A DNA stretch of 64,000 nucleotides from Hormiphora californensis (lineage: Eukaryota > Animalia > Ctenophora). Below the pieces are notes generated by a model. It was not told the DNA's origin, did not search any database, and saw nothing but the letters and a program-made list of their open reading frames with translations. Of this stretch, positions 20,901-34,000 are shown piece by piece (positions within the stretch are counted from its first letter, which is position 1; every line of letters starts with the position of its first letter). A program made the translations under genes and the position numbers. The stretch spans positions 5,642,001 through 5,706,000 of the forward strand of contig CM035355.1 of NCBI GenBank assembly GCA_020137815.1, read 5' to 3'.

Positions 20901-23900
20901 CAACTTAGTGTGATGTCACTTCCCGGCTCAACTACACTTCCCTCTAATGTGATCGCTGAGGGGTGGAATATAGGGGTAAAAGCATCAATCATCATAATAA
21001 TGGTAAAGGTATCTGATCTTAGATCTGCCGGTAACGTAAAAGTAGAGTAGAGTAGTCGAGTTTAGGGGGTAAAAGTAGGGATACAATATGTTGGTTTAGG
21101 ACGGGATAAGAGTTGTCCACGTGCGTGTCTACTCACATGCAGTAGAGATGGTGGCAGGTGGACTTTCCACAACCACTCCACCCTCATACCGCGCTGAACA
21201 CCGGTAACTGCCCACAACTCCACTCTCCAGGGTACTATATGTAACATAACCGACGGAGCTGTCCTCTCCCGTTATCTCCTGAATACCGTCCCTAACCCAG
21301 ATTATAGAGATGAGATTGCTACCCACTGCAGTACATGCTAGCTTGCCCGTGTCACTGGGCGCTGTTCCGATTACAGCAGATTTGGATGAACTGGGTATTC
21401 CAATGACATTTAGTACCGCTGAAAACAATAAAGCAGGGAGTTAGATATCATTTAGTAGTGAGTGGGGTTCTAGACAACTTCTAACTGTATTTAGTACCGC
21501 TGAAAACAGGGATTTTATAGATAACAGGGAGTTAGATGTTTGTTAGTGGGGTTCTAGAACCGCTGAAAACAGGGAGTTAGATGCTTGTTAGTGGGGTTTA
21601 GTACCGCTGAAAACAGGGAGTTAGATGTTTGTTAGTGGGGTTACCGCTGAAAACAGGGAGTTAGATGTTTGTTAGTGGGGTTACCGCTGAAAACAGGGAG
21701 TTAGATGTTTGTTAGTGGGGTTCTAGACAACATCTGTTATGTTCTAATAACTATATTCTAATAACTATATTTCCCGTCGCGGGGCGCAAACAAGACAATA
21801 GGATGGTGGTAAAAATCATCCTAATCAGAATTCCACCATATTTCACCTGTCCGCGAATGGTAAGTTCCTGCAATACACTGAACAATTGCCCTCTCTGATA
21901 CTACATCAACAACCAGTGTAGAACTGTCTCCCTCGGTCTCCTGACCATCTATTAGCCATGTATAGGTAGAAGTGCCGGGTGCTACACAAGTGAATGTGGC
22001 ACTGTCGCCCAGTTGCACAGTTTGAGATACCGGGTGCTGGGTTATACCATCATCTGAGATGTGAGAAGGGGTTAAATTTGACTGATTTGGAAACATCTCG
22101 AGGAACAATTTCGATTGTGAGTACACAGCAAGTCACGTTGGTAACGAATTAACCCCTCCCTTTCCAGCGTGCGAAGGTCACCAACAAGTCACGTGATAGT
22201 TGTTGTGTAACATTTAACGAGTTTTAATGTACCTGATACGGTGAGTATAGCAGTTGAGGTTATTGTTTCCCCTCCTACACTCACACTACACTCATACACT
22301 CCACCGTCAGTGGCTGATACACTCATGAGTGTTAGAGTGGTGGTGGTGATTCCAACCAGGTCGTCTCCGTCCTTTCTCCAGGAGGGGGTACCAAGGGTTC
22401 CCTCGCACTCCAATGTTACATCCTCCCCTGCAGGTAGAAACCAGGGATTAATAACATGGCTATAGGTCAATCAACTTCCTTTGAGTTTGTCTGCTGAGTG
22501 CCGATCAGAGTGACTACATAACGGCTAATCAAGCAACAAGGTATACCTGTAATAACGGATACATCGCTAAGCTCCCTCAGGAAGGCCAGGACTCTGATAG
22601 TAGCGGGTTGAGAGGTGGTTGTCCCTATATCTAGGAAGGTAGCACTACAGCTGTAATCTCCTGCATCGGTTAGAGCAGCAGAGGGGATACTCAGATGGGT
22701 AATGGAGGGGTTATCTGTCGACTGCACCCTGCTTCCAACCTGGGTCAATGGTTTTATGGTATTGCCAGACGGCAGGTCAGACCGTGAAATCAAAAACAGC
22801 ACGTCATGTTGACACAACATGTCACATTGAATTTGACACATGTCACAATTAATTAGACCTACCTCCTGATTGTTTTTGGTCCATGTTAGAATAACGGTAG
22901 AGGTAGGTGGGACTGTGACGGCACAAACCAAACTGTGCTCTCGACCCTCTGTTACGGTAACGGCCGCTGCATTGAACGTCAAACCTAGTGGGACAGACAA
23001 AATATGTTATCTTTGCTCGACTAATAGAAGGTATAAATACGGAAGGTATAAATATGGACTAGTAATATAATCGACAGTTGGGTGATCGGATAACTGTTTA
23101 TTAGCCTCATGTTTGATATACAGAGTTTTTGTTATTCTCTCTGTGGCTGAACAAATGAATATACCCGTCTGATTCATTTGTTCAGCCACAGAGAGAATAA
23201 CAAAAACTCTGTATATCAGTAATATAATCATTATATTATTATTATATTGGACATAATTAGTCCATTAAATGCATGGACTAATTATAATGTCCAGTATAAT
23301 AATTTATGGGGCTTCAGACCAAGTAGTAGCAATAAGCCAAGTGTTAGGGTCAGCACACACCTACGCCAAAATCAAAATTAAAACTTTGATTTTGGCGTAG
23401 GTGTTTGCTGACCCCTAAATCATACCGATAACATTCAGTTGTATCTCATTGCTCGTATCCCCAGATTCAACAGAACACCCATACTTAGAACTCTCCTGAA
23501 TGCCGCTAACCACCGTTTTACACGTGTATTCATCTCCACTGGTAACGGATGCACTGGTTGTCATGGCAACACCATCACGTGACCAGAAGCAGGATGCGGG
23601 TGGTGTGACAGAGGTCACGTGGCATGTGAGTTCCACGTCAGTATCAGTAAACACGTTCAGAGATTCTGTTGTTATCTCGACCTCTGTAATGGAATATTAT
23701 AGGATTAATTATATTTAGTTTTAGGGTCAACAATTAAATATCAGGGGAAAACTATTAGTCGTGCACCACTGAAGAACATATCGAGTTTTGGCCCCAGTTT
23801 TTAAGGTCTTACTTGAGCAAGCGAAGGTAGTTTCACAGGAGTTGAGAGTGAGGACCTGTCTCACTTTACCGTCCAGTGTGTATCCGTTCTGACAGGTAAC

Positions 23901-26900
23901 TGTTATTGGGGATCCCCTGGCAACCAGCCAGTTAGCAGGTGGGGAACTTGATCCATACGCTACACTCTCTACCATACAGACATCTGAAATGTATGGTAGT
24001 CATGGTTACCCAGCTATCTCGCCTACATACCAGGAACTTCGTAAATGAAGGTTGCGGACTCTAGGTCTACTGCAGTGGGCTCTAGATATTATACCTAGAG
24101 TCCAAATAAGTATACATTTAGGAGGACTCACCCTGGAGTCACCATGACAACCCCTCCTCCCCCCGTATAATATAACTCACCCTGGCAGGAGTCGGCTGTG
24201 GTGGACCCCTCACTGAGAGTTCTATAACTCACCCTGAAGTCACCATGACAACCCCCCCCTCGTATAATATAACTCACCCTGGCAAGAGTCACCATGGCAA
24301 CCCCTCCCCCCCCCTCGTATAATATAACTCACCCTGGCAGGAGTCGGCTGTGGTGGACCCCTCGCTGAGAGTGCTATATAACTCACCCTGCAGTCACCAT
24401 GGCACCCCCCCCCCCCCGTATCATGTGCTATAACTCACCCTGGCAGGAGTCAGCTGTGGTGGACCCCTCGCTGAGAGTGCTATATAACTCACCCTGCAGT
24501 CACCATGACAACCCCCCCCCCTCGTATAATATAACTCACCCTGGCAGGAGTCGGCTGTGGTGGACCCCTCGCTGAGAGTGCTTGTCCCACTGGGACAGGA
24601 GTTACAGGAGGTCTGACCAGAGAGGGCCTGATAGGTTCCCTGCTGGCAGCTAACACACTCTGAGCCGTGTTGGTAGCTACCCGGGGTACACATAACTGCA
24701 TAGGGAGTTGTTAATTAGTTAATTAGTTAATCAATAAATCAATAGTTGGTATAGGATCATGTCAGGATCAATTCGGGGTCATTCCGGGGTCATTTCGTGG
24801 TCACTTTTGGGTCACTTCGGGGTCACTTCGGAGCATGGAATCAATATATTGACAACATTGAAGTCATTACTTACTGCAATTATCCCCCAGGGACACGTAT
24901 CCGCTGTTGCATACAGCCTCACTGCGCTGAGTCGTCTCTGACACACTGATTTCAATATCACCTGAATCGAACCCTGTAATTGTACATTCCATTAATGGTA
25001 GATTCCATTAATTGTAATTCCATTAATTGTAATTCCATTAATTAATGATTCCGGTAAGTGTCTAACTATAAGCGGTTAATATATCATCTTGATTTAGTTT
25101 ATTAGTAAACCGCAATTGTATTTTTTATCGCATTTATCTTACCAATTCCCTCAGCGGATCGTTTCCTCTTGCTGCTACAGAGAGCACTAAAGTCGATTGT
25201 GTCAGGGGAAAGCAGACAGTCGCTGGAGGTTTTGAAACAACCGGCTGTATCATAACATCCGTTGTTATAGAGTGCATTGAACGGATTATAACTAGTAGTG
25301 GTAACATAGGTCACTATGTCGCTGAACAGTTCGTCTGTTCTCTTCGTCTGGGTGTTGCTATCCTGGACCCACTGAGCGTATAGCCAGATAACTTTACCGC
25401 TGGTGGAACAGCCTGATGTGTAGCTAGTGTACTTGAAGAACTCTTCGTTCTGAAAGAGAGAGAGAAAGACGATCAGTCGTGTGTTAGGGCGATCAGTTAG
25501 GACGAGATCAGTCGTGTGTTAGGGCGATCAGTTAGGACGAGATCAGTCGTGTGTTAGGGCGATCAGTTAGGACGAGATCAGTCTTGTGTTAGGGCGATCA
25601 GTTAGGACGAGATCAGTCGTGTGTTAGGGCGATCAGTTAGGACGAGATCAGTCGTGTGTTAGGGCGATCAGTTAGGACGAGATCAGTCTTGTGTTAGGGC
25701 GATCAGTTAGGACGAGATCAGTCGTGTGTTAGGGCGATCAGTTAGGACGAGATCAGTCGTGTGTTAGGGCGATCAGTTAGGACGAGATCAGTCGTGTGTT
25801 AGGGCGATCAGTTAGGACGAGATCAGTCTTGTGTTAGGGCGATCAGTTAGGACGAGATCAGTCTTGTGTTAGGGCGATCAGTTAGGACGAGATCAGTCTT
25901 GTGTTAGGGCGATCAGTTAGGACGAGATCAGTCGTGTGTTAGGGCGATCAGTTAGGACGAGATCAGTCGTGTGTTAGGGCGATCAGTTAGGAAGAGATCA
26001 GTCGTGTGTTAGGGCGATCAGTTAGGACGATATCAGTCTTGAGTTAGGGCGATCAGTTAGGACGAGATCAATCGTGTGTTAGGGCGATCAGTTAGGACGA
26101 GATCAGTCTTGTGTTAGGGCGATCAGTTAGGACGAGATCAGTCGTGTGTTAGGGCGATCAGTTAGGACGAGATCAGTCTTGTGTTAGGGCGATCAGTTAG
26201 GACGAGATCAGTCTTCTTATCATATAAACTATATTATTAGTACCAAATAACAGTCTCCGTCTGCCACACAATCTAGTTCACTATCCCCACCCTTCAGGAA
26301 GAAATAGAAGGCCATTCGGAGGTAGTCACCCCAGTAATCAGTGCAGGATGCTGTCCAGGGGAGTCTATATCCCACATATACCGTTAAATAGTACGCCTGG
26401 GGGTAGCTTATCTCTGCAGGGGGATGAAGATTTGAAATTAATATGAATTGTATTTAGTGCAACTATTAGTTTTTAGTGTCATCAAATTGCCAAGTACTGC
26501 ACCGATCTCTTACTTACCGTAGCATTTATCAGTTTTAAGGGTAGGGTTGGTGCTAGAGTAGTGGTCCCAAACACCATCTGTACACGTGTATTCGGACACG
26601 CCCCGATACAACTGAGAACAGGGTAAAACGTGTCACGACGTCATGTACTAGAATTGAAGAGTCCTTAGATTAAATATTTAGAGAATTGAATAGTTTTGAT
26701 AACTATAATGATATAATTATGGTAACTCTGGTATTGCTGGTAACCATGGTAACATACCTCATAACCGCTATCACAGCTCAGGGTACATGTGGCATCAGAC
26801 AAGGATGTGTAACCGTCTGTACAGGAGAGAGATCCGTAGTTTGGAGCCGAGAGGGCCTCGCAGGAATCTGCAGATTGGGACGTTAGAGTGAGTTTATAGG

Positions 26901-27994
26901 CCATGAGGAGTGCTTTCTCTCTCCCGCGATGCATCTGTAATTCTGAGTATATCAAAGAATGGATTTTGATGTGTACTAAAAGAAGTTCGAAAAACAGTGA
27001 GAGCTGGCTTGTCAACTCAACCATGTTGCCATACTCAGGACAGTTGTTGTCACGGTTGAGGTAGCACCAGTTCCATATCCAGTAAAGGTGGGTGCGAATC
27101 CATAGGTTCCACTATCTGCCAAACTCATGCTCTCCATCTCGTACACATAGGTCATCTGCAATCAGATATTGGTTACATACCAAGGCACTGGGTATAGGAA
27201 GAACAGCACTGTACAATGATCACTCAACTTGAATCATACTGGGCTGACGAAACACCAACCGCCCAATCCAAAACCTGAACCACTAACGTATTCCCTCACT
27301 TACATAGGTGCCATAGTTGGTGATGGAGGTGGCATCCTTGTCCTCCACCTCAAACCCACCAAAGAACCAGTTTCCAGTGGATACTGGAGGATAATCTACC
27401 ACTGCCGTGAACGTGCCCGTGTTACCCAACTCAATCGTACTAGGACCCGTGAAACTCTGGGTACCTGGGCAATGGGGTCAATTAGTGAAACTCGGGGTAC
27501 CTGCAATGACATGGGGTCAATTAGTGAGGCGCGGAATGAAACAATCTGCAGCAAAATTAGAAAGATAACCGAGCTGGGCCTGGGACGTGCTGAATATGAG
27601 CACTTACTGAAAGTAACAATTGTGGCTGAGTAGGTACTTACTTATAGTAACAATTGTGGCTGAATCAGATTCGAGGGTTCCTCCATCAAACTTGCCGTTA
27701 GAGAACGCTTCATAGGTCGCCACACACCGCCTGAAAATATGTACTAAAATTAATCAGATATGTTTCCTGACTTCTGGAAACTGATATTAGATTCCAATTT
27801 GTAACTGGAGACTTATCGGCTAGATCTTCAGCACGGCCTTTTAGAAGTTTTCTAGTAAAACATAATTTATTTTAGTCGCCAGAAACTATGTTCAATCTAC
27901 AATTCAACCATGGTTGTTAGGTCAGCTGTATTATGTTTCCTAACAATGCCATCACGTACAGGGGTAGCACAGTGGGCGGAATGATGGGAGGTGC

Positions 27995-28051
<57 letters not shown>

Positions 28052-31000
28052 ACAGGTATTTGTAGTCCTCTGGGTTGGTGTCGAATTCAAGAGTGCTCCT
28101 GTAAACTGTTTTACTGTTCGCTGTGAACTTGGTTACAGTTGCCACGTTCGTAACAGAGGTACTATCCATATCGTTCCAAGACCTGATGTTATTGTGGGGC
28201 TCTAAGTTCATATTTTCGTCCTTAAATTCATAGTAGCTATGAAACCGATTAAAGGTGGTACAGTCGGACCCCGATTTACCGGTCCCCGATTTACCGGAAC
28301 CCCGATTTACCGGGTAAAACCCTTTCCCCCGAGGATCCCGGTAAATCGGGGTCCGACTGTAATACGTCTATTTATACTAATTCAATATACCAGTTGTACT
28401 ATCACTCACGAGGTGTTGGATGTGTATTGCCAGTCGATTGAGGGCTGAGGGGGTCCCTCAAATGCACAGTAGAATGTCGTGGTGGAACCACCCAATACAT
28501 ACGTGTTAGAGGGAGAGGTATAGACCCCTGAAAGGATATTTAGATCAGGTTTAACATTGCTCGAGACAGAATTCTCACAGAGCATGGTCTTATAAAATAA
28601 AATGCGGTGTGAGCTATACCACTGCACGTGTGGCATCAGGGTCGTGGAGGGCCATTATTGTTCACGTGATTCTACAACATGCAGTAGACCTGCTTATAGT
28701 TGTGAGAATTCACACTTTTTATAGCTTCTCCCGTGATCGACAAAGAGTTTGCGGTAGGGTAGAAAGGGGTAAAATGGCACACTTTCTAACGTTTTAGGTT
28801 CTAAAACACTCAATTTATACAGCAAGAAGAAAAAAAATTATATAGGCTATCCAATGAAACGTTTTCCTTTCAGACAAGCTAAATTTTAAAATCTGAAAGT
28901 TTTATTTAATAGCTTAATTAATCAATTCAAAAAGTTTGGTAGGGCTTTTTTTGGAAATTTTGCACTGGGGTAAAATGGTCCAGCCAATAGCATTGCTCGA
29001 TTTTTATCACGTGCCTGGTGTTGTTAGAGCACTGGGGTAAAATGGTCCATGTTATCTTCAGTAATTTCTGTTCTGCTGGACCATTTTACCCCAGTGTGCT
29101 GGACCATTTTACCCCAGTTGGTATCACGTGGTATTGGAGGCTCGATTTCATTGGTCCCAGGGTGAACCATTTTACCCCAGCGAGGGTGAACCATTTTACC
29201 CCAGTTTGACTAATTTGACAATTTAATCAACTTAATAGTGGGTTTTTTGAAAAATTTTTATGCCAAGTTTTAGAAGGATAAAAACCCTAACTGGCAGTTT
29301 TTGCAAAATCAAAATCGGCCAACTCAAACAGAAATTACAGCAGTTTTAAAGCAAAAATTCGGAACAGAACGAGCAGGTCTCCGCTGGAGAAAAAGTCACG
29401 TGACTACATGTAATAACTAGGACCATTTTACCCCATACATGTGCCATTTTACCCCGTGTGCCATTTTACCCCTTTCTACCCTAAGTGCGAAATTATTAAC
29501 AGTTGATGGAAGTAACATGTATCAAGCAGCATTATATGTTTTATACTTTATAGTACGTTTGACTTCACTTCTTCAACAACCATCCGCCACATGCAACCAG
29601 CAATGAGTTCTTTACATGTTTAATATATAGCACGTGAAGAATGGAGACAATAGTACTGGATGCATAATGCAGATAAGAAGCTAGAACAATTCTCAAATAT
29701 TACAAGTTATAATATGGACAAAACTTGGCAAACGCTACAGGCCCATCTAACGAGGCCGGGTGGAGGCTGGGGGCCGGGTGGATGCTGGGGGCCGGGTGGA
29801 GACCGGGTGAATGCTGGGGCCCGGGTGGAGGCCGGGTGGATGCTGGGGGCGGGTGGAGGCCGGGTGGATGCTGGGGGCCAGGTGGAGGCTGGTGGCCGGG
29901 TGGATGCTGGGGGCCGGGTGAATGCTGGGGGCCGGGTGGATGCTGGGGCGGGATGGATGCTGGGGGCCGAGTGAATGCTGGAGGCTGGGTGGATCCTAGG
30001 AGCCGGGTGGATACTGGAGGCCGGGTGGAGGCTGGAGGCAGGGTGGAGGCTGGGGGCCGGGTGGATCATGCTCACCTAGAACGGTTAGTTCCGATGTTTC
30101 ACTGCCCACAAAGTCTCCACAGATAATGGAGACTGTGATCTCGTCCCCGTCCATGGATGAATCCACACTATCCCACACTAGAACTGCTGTTGTAGTGACA
30201 GCATCACCAGAAGTAGTGGAGCTCTGAAACAGGCATTTACTTATTTCTGTGAATGTATATCGACAACAGACTGTCATTCAGGAGTCAATTAATATATCGT
30301 GTACTTTTCTGCACCAAATATTAATACAAACTCCATCATACCGAGCTATACCTCTGATACTGCGCTATCTGAGAACTACTATACCTCTGAAACTACTGAT
30401 CGGTACAGCTGATATCAGAGAACTAAATCACAGAGATTACTTGTTGAGACCTACTATACCTCTGTGAAGGTGACATCCGAGTTGGTCTCTGTGTAAATCT
30501 GGTAGCCGTTCTGCTTCCAGGTAACTGAGTCAATCTCAGAGCCGGAGAGGGCTATAGCTGTGATGGTCAACGAACCGCCTTCAATGGTAAATGAAGTTGA
30601 CGGATAGGAGGTGATACCTAAACAGGATTTATTGTGAGATGATTATCTCCCACAAACCAAATCGTTATTTCTAATTCGACAAAGTTGTCACATATTATAT
30701 GAGAGCACCTTGTCATACATCTCACAACCCGATCCTACCTGCTACGCCTATATTGGTTGAGTTGCTGGTGATGAGCTGGCCATCATAAGCAATGATGCAC
30801 TGGTAATCTCCGCTCATTGCAGATGTGATATAACCAAAGGTCAGGGTAGACACCACATCGGTTGTGTTGTAGGAGAGCGAGGAATCGAGGCTGCTATCGA
30901 CTGAACTATCGTCCAGTGTCCATACTGCAGCAACCGAGACACCACTGGGAACACCACTACCCACACATGTGATAGTGAGCTGATCACCCACGGAGAACCA

Positions 31001-34000
31001 ATCATCTTGTTCAGCGGGATCAGAGGTGATAGCTGAGAGGGGGGGGGGGGGTGTTAGAACATTGTTCAGAATAATGAAACATATTTTTCGAAACATATTT
31101 TTTTGAAACAATGAAACTTGATGAAGGAGAGGAAGAAACAGTCAGAGTATAAAATTACAGAAATGTATGAGATGACTTACTTGGACTCAAGATGGTAATT
31201 TCTGTGTCGTTAGTTTTCACGGTTGCTCCGTTGGTAACAGTACATGTATAGTTTCCTGCCCCATAACTTGAGTGACCACTTTCCAGCGTCAGTATAGATA
31301 CCTGCAGAGATGATATATCATTGGGCATTAAACATGTTCTAAAACGACAACTCTAGAGTCCAGGGGGTTGGGTGGGACAATATATCTGATTTAAAATCAA
31401 AAGGACAACATGAAATAAGAAGACCACCCCATAACAACTAGTGGGTACTAAATAACATACCAATGTAGGTACTGAATAACAGCCCATGACAATGTGGGTA
31501 CTATAAATAAAATACCTGTTCTCCACTAATGATTGATCCCTGGGTAATGGATCCGTTAACAGAGATAGTGTCAGTGAGAGTCAGACCGGAGTCGGAGCTC
31601 CACTCGACTGATGCGGTAGAAGTGATTTCCTGTGATAGTACAGGACACCACGATATCGTTTCCATTCACAACAATGTCATCCTCGGATATATCGACACCT
31701 GGTCAGAGAGTTATACAGTTGAGAGATATAAGAGATCGTTATACAGTTGATACCCTTATCACTAGGTTCGCTAGAAGCTCCTGTCTCTCAAATAAATAGC
31801 GTAACTACGTAGGACACACAATGCAGAGAGGGTGCAATTTGTTGCGTTTGCCTAAACTTCAAATAATTCGTGCGTTTATAGCTTTCAAAGAATGCAAAAA
31901 GTTAATGTCAATATCTCTCTTAAAGTTAATAGATCTTCCTGCACACATACCCATGTTAACTCCACCCCCGCTTTACATACCCATGTTTTGAACGAGCGTT
32001 TCCACGGTAGAGTTGTAAGACTGTAAACTGCACGTTATGGTCTGAGTACTGAGCATGGTTATCAGTTGATCTGGTTCTAGTACCAGGTAGAAGACCTGCT
32101 GGCTAGTGGTACTGTTGTAATCATCACTGGTGAACCCGTAGTATCCGGTGGAGTTGGTATTGCTCTCAGAGACACTTCCAAAGGACCAGGTGATGTTAGG
32201 ATCGGAGGAGAGAAGGGAGTCAACGGTACAGGTGAAGGTGGTTGTTTCAGATGCACTCACTATCTCTTCACCAGTTGTCGTCAAAGCTGATAAGGGATAC
32301 ATGTTTAGAATACCATGATACCAATTAATACCCACTCTCAAAACTCTCCAAACTGTGCGTCATGTTACAGTCATGTGTGTGGCAACCAATCACAAATAGA
32401 AACCACGAAAGGACCAAACACAAACCTGGATAGGTGACTGAAACAGTGTCAGAGTCCTCATATCCACTAAACCCAGTACTGCAAGTGATATCAAATGAGG
32501 CTGCGGACATGGTCTGTAGGAACTCTGCACTGATTGCCACTGCATCACCCGTCCTGGAGTTTCCAGCAAAGGTTCCCATAGTAACGGTGAATCCAGAATC
32601 TGAGTCAGTGATGTTGGTGCCGAGGTTGGTGCCAGACCATGTGGGAGTGATGTCAGTGGTTATACCGGTGATGTTACATTCCACAACGATGTCTTCCAGG
32701 GTGTTGGAAGTTGTGGTGGAGATGTCCAGGCTAACAACTGGAGATAACAACTTAGGTTATGTTTTACTGGTTGGTCAGTTAATTAGAAAACAATCACTAA
32801 TCTGGAGTCAAGATTTAGGTCTTAGGGGTACTTTTTACCTGGAGTCAAGACTGTCACATCAACAGTATCAAAGTAGGAAGTGTCGTCCTGAATCTGACAA
32901 GTGATCGTATCAGAACTGCTTCCATACGCCTCTATTGTTGCTGTTTCGATTATCAGTTCAACGGTCTGTTCGTTTAATCCATAGTCTCCTTGATCTATGG
33001 TGAAAACTCCAGAGCTGGTTGAAGAAGCTGGACCACCTGTCACCAGTCCACCATCCCACTCCATGGTTGTCTGATTAACTAGACCATCGAAGGTACACGT
33101 AACCGTAGCAGTGTCAAACTTGGACACAGTCAACGAAGAAGTAATGTTCGTTACACCTGACAATAGAGTTATTGAGTGGGAACTGAAGGACTGAAAAAAC
33201 AGAAAAATAATACCAAAAAATGGAAAAATTTTCATTTCTCCTTACTTGGTGTCAAGTAGTCAGTTTCCAATGTTCCATTAACTTCAGATTCAATATCAAG
33301 ACTGCAAAGAAGAGTGAGATTATAGGCAAAGCCACTCATATCATCCTTATCCACATTGAATACAGCCGTCATTGTCTCCGTAGAAGCATCATAGGTGTCA
33401 CTAATAGTAGCAGTTGTTCCAACACCCGAGAAAACAACGTCCCGACTCTCCAAGAGTCCAGTGATTGTACAGTTGAAGCTCGTGTCAGTTAGGTTATTAA
33501 ACTCAAGCGGACCAGTTACTGTCACATCTGAACAAAAAAGGACATTGTAAAACAGTTAATAATAATGTGATAACATTTATCATTACCAATTCAGGTAAGC
33601 AGGTTAAACATTTCAACCCAAAGATAACTTACCTGGAACCAGGACTGTTAGTTCGTGGGTAATATTCAGATTCGAATCTTCAGAAATTCCACAAGTTAAA
33701 GTTATATTTCCAGCATCTAGAGTTTCAATCACAGTAGAATCAACAATGATAACAGTCTCTTGACTGTTAGAATCACTGTCGAACGCTTCAGTTGTAATAT
33801 TGAACTCAGGAAGAGATGAAGCTGAAATCGCAGAATTCAAATCCGTGATGTTTTCACTCGATAGTGTGAGCGTTTTTGAAGATAGAATCCCTTCCACGAG
33901 ACAGGTAAAGGTGTAAGAATCCAGTCGATTGGCTCGTGGAAGCATAGTGTCGGCCGATATTTCTGAAACAAACAACAATAATTATTATCAATCCTCAAAC

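Noticed and set aside
25468-26213. 35-bp repeat array resembling CRISPR in unit size (also 50180-50442, 55375-55585)
   Set aside because: Head-to-tail units with no unique spacers, no cas genes, located in eukaryotic introns.
29660-30126. Gly/Trp/Pro-rich repetitive ORFs
   Set aside because: Translations of an 18-bp intronic minisatellite.
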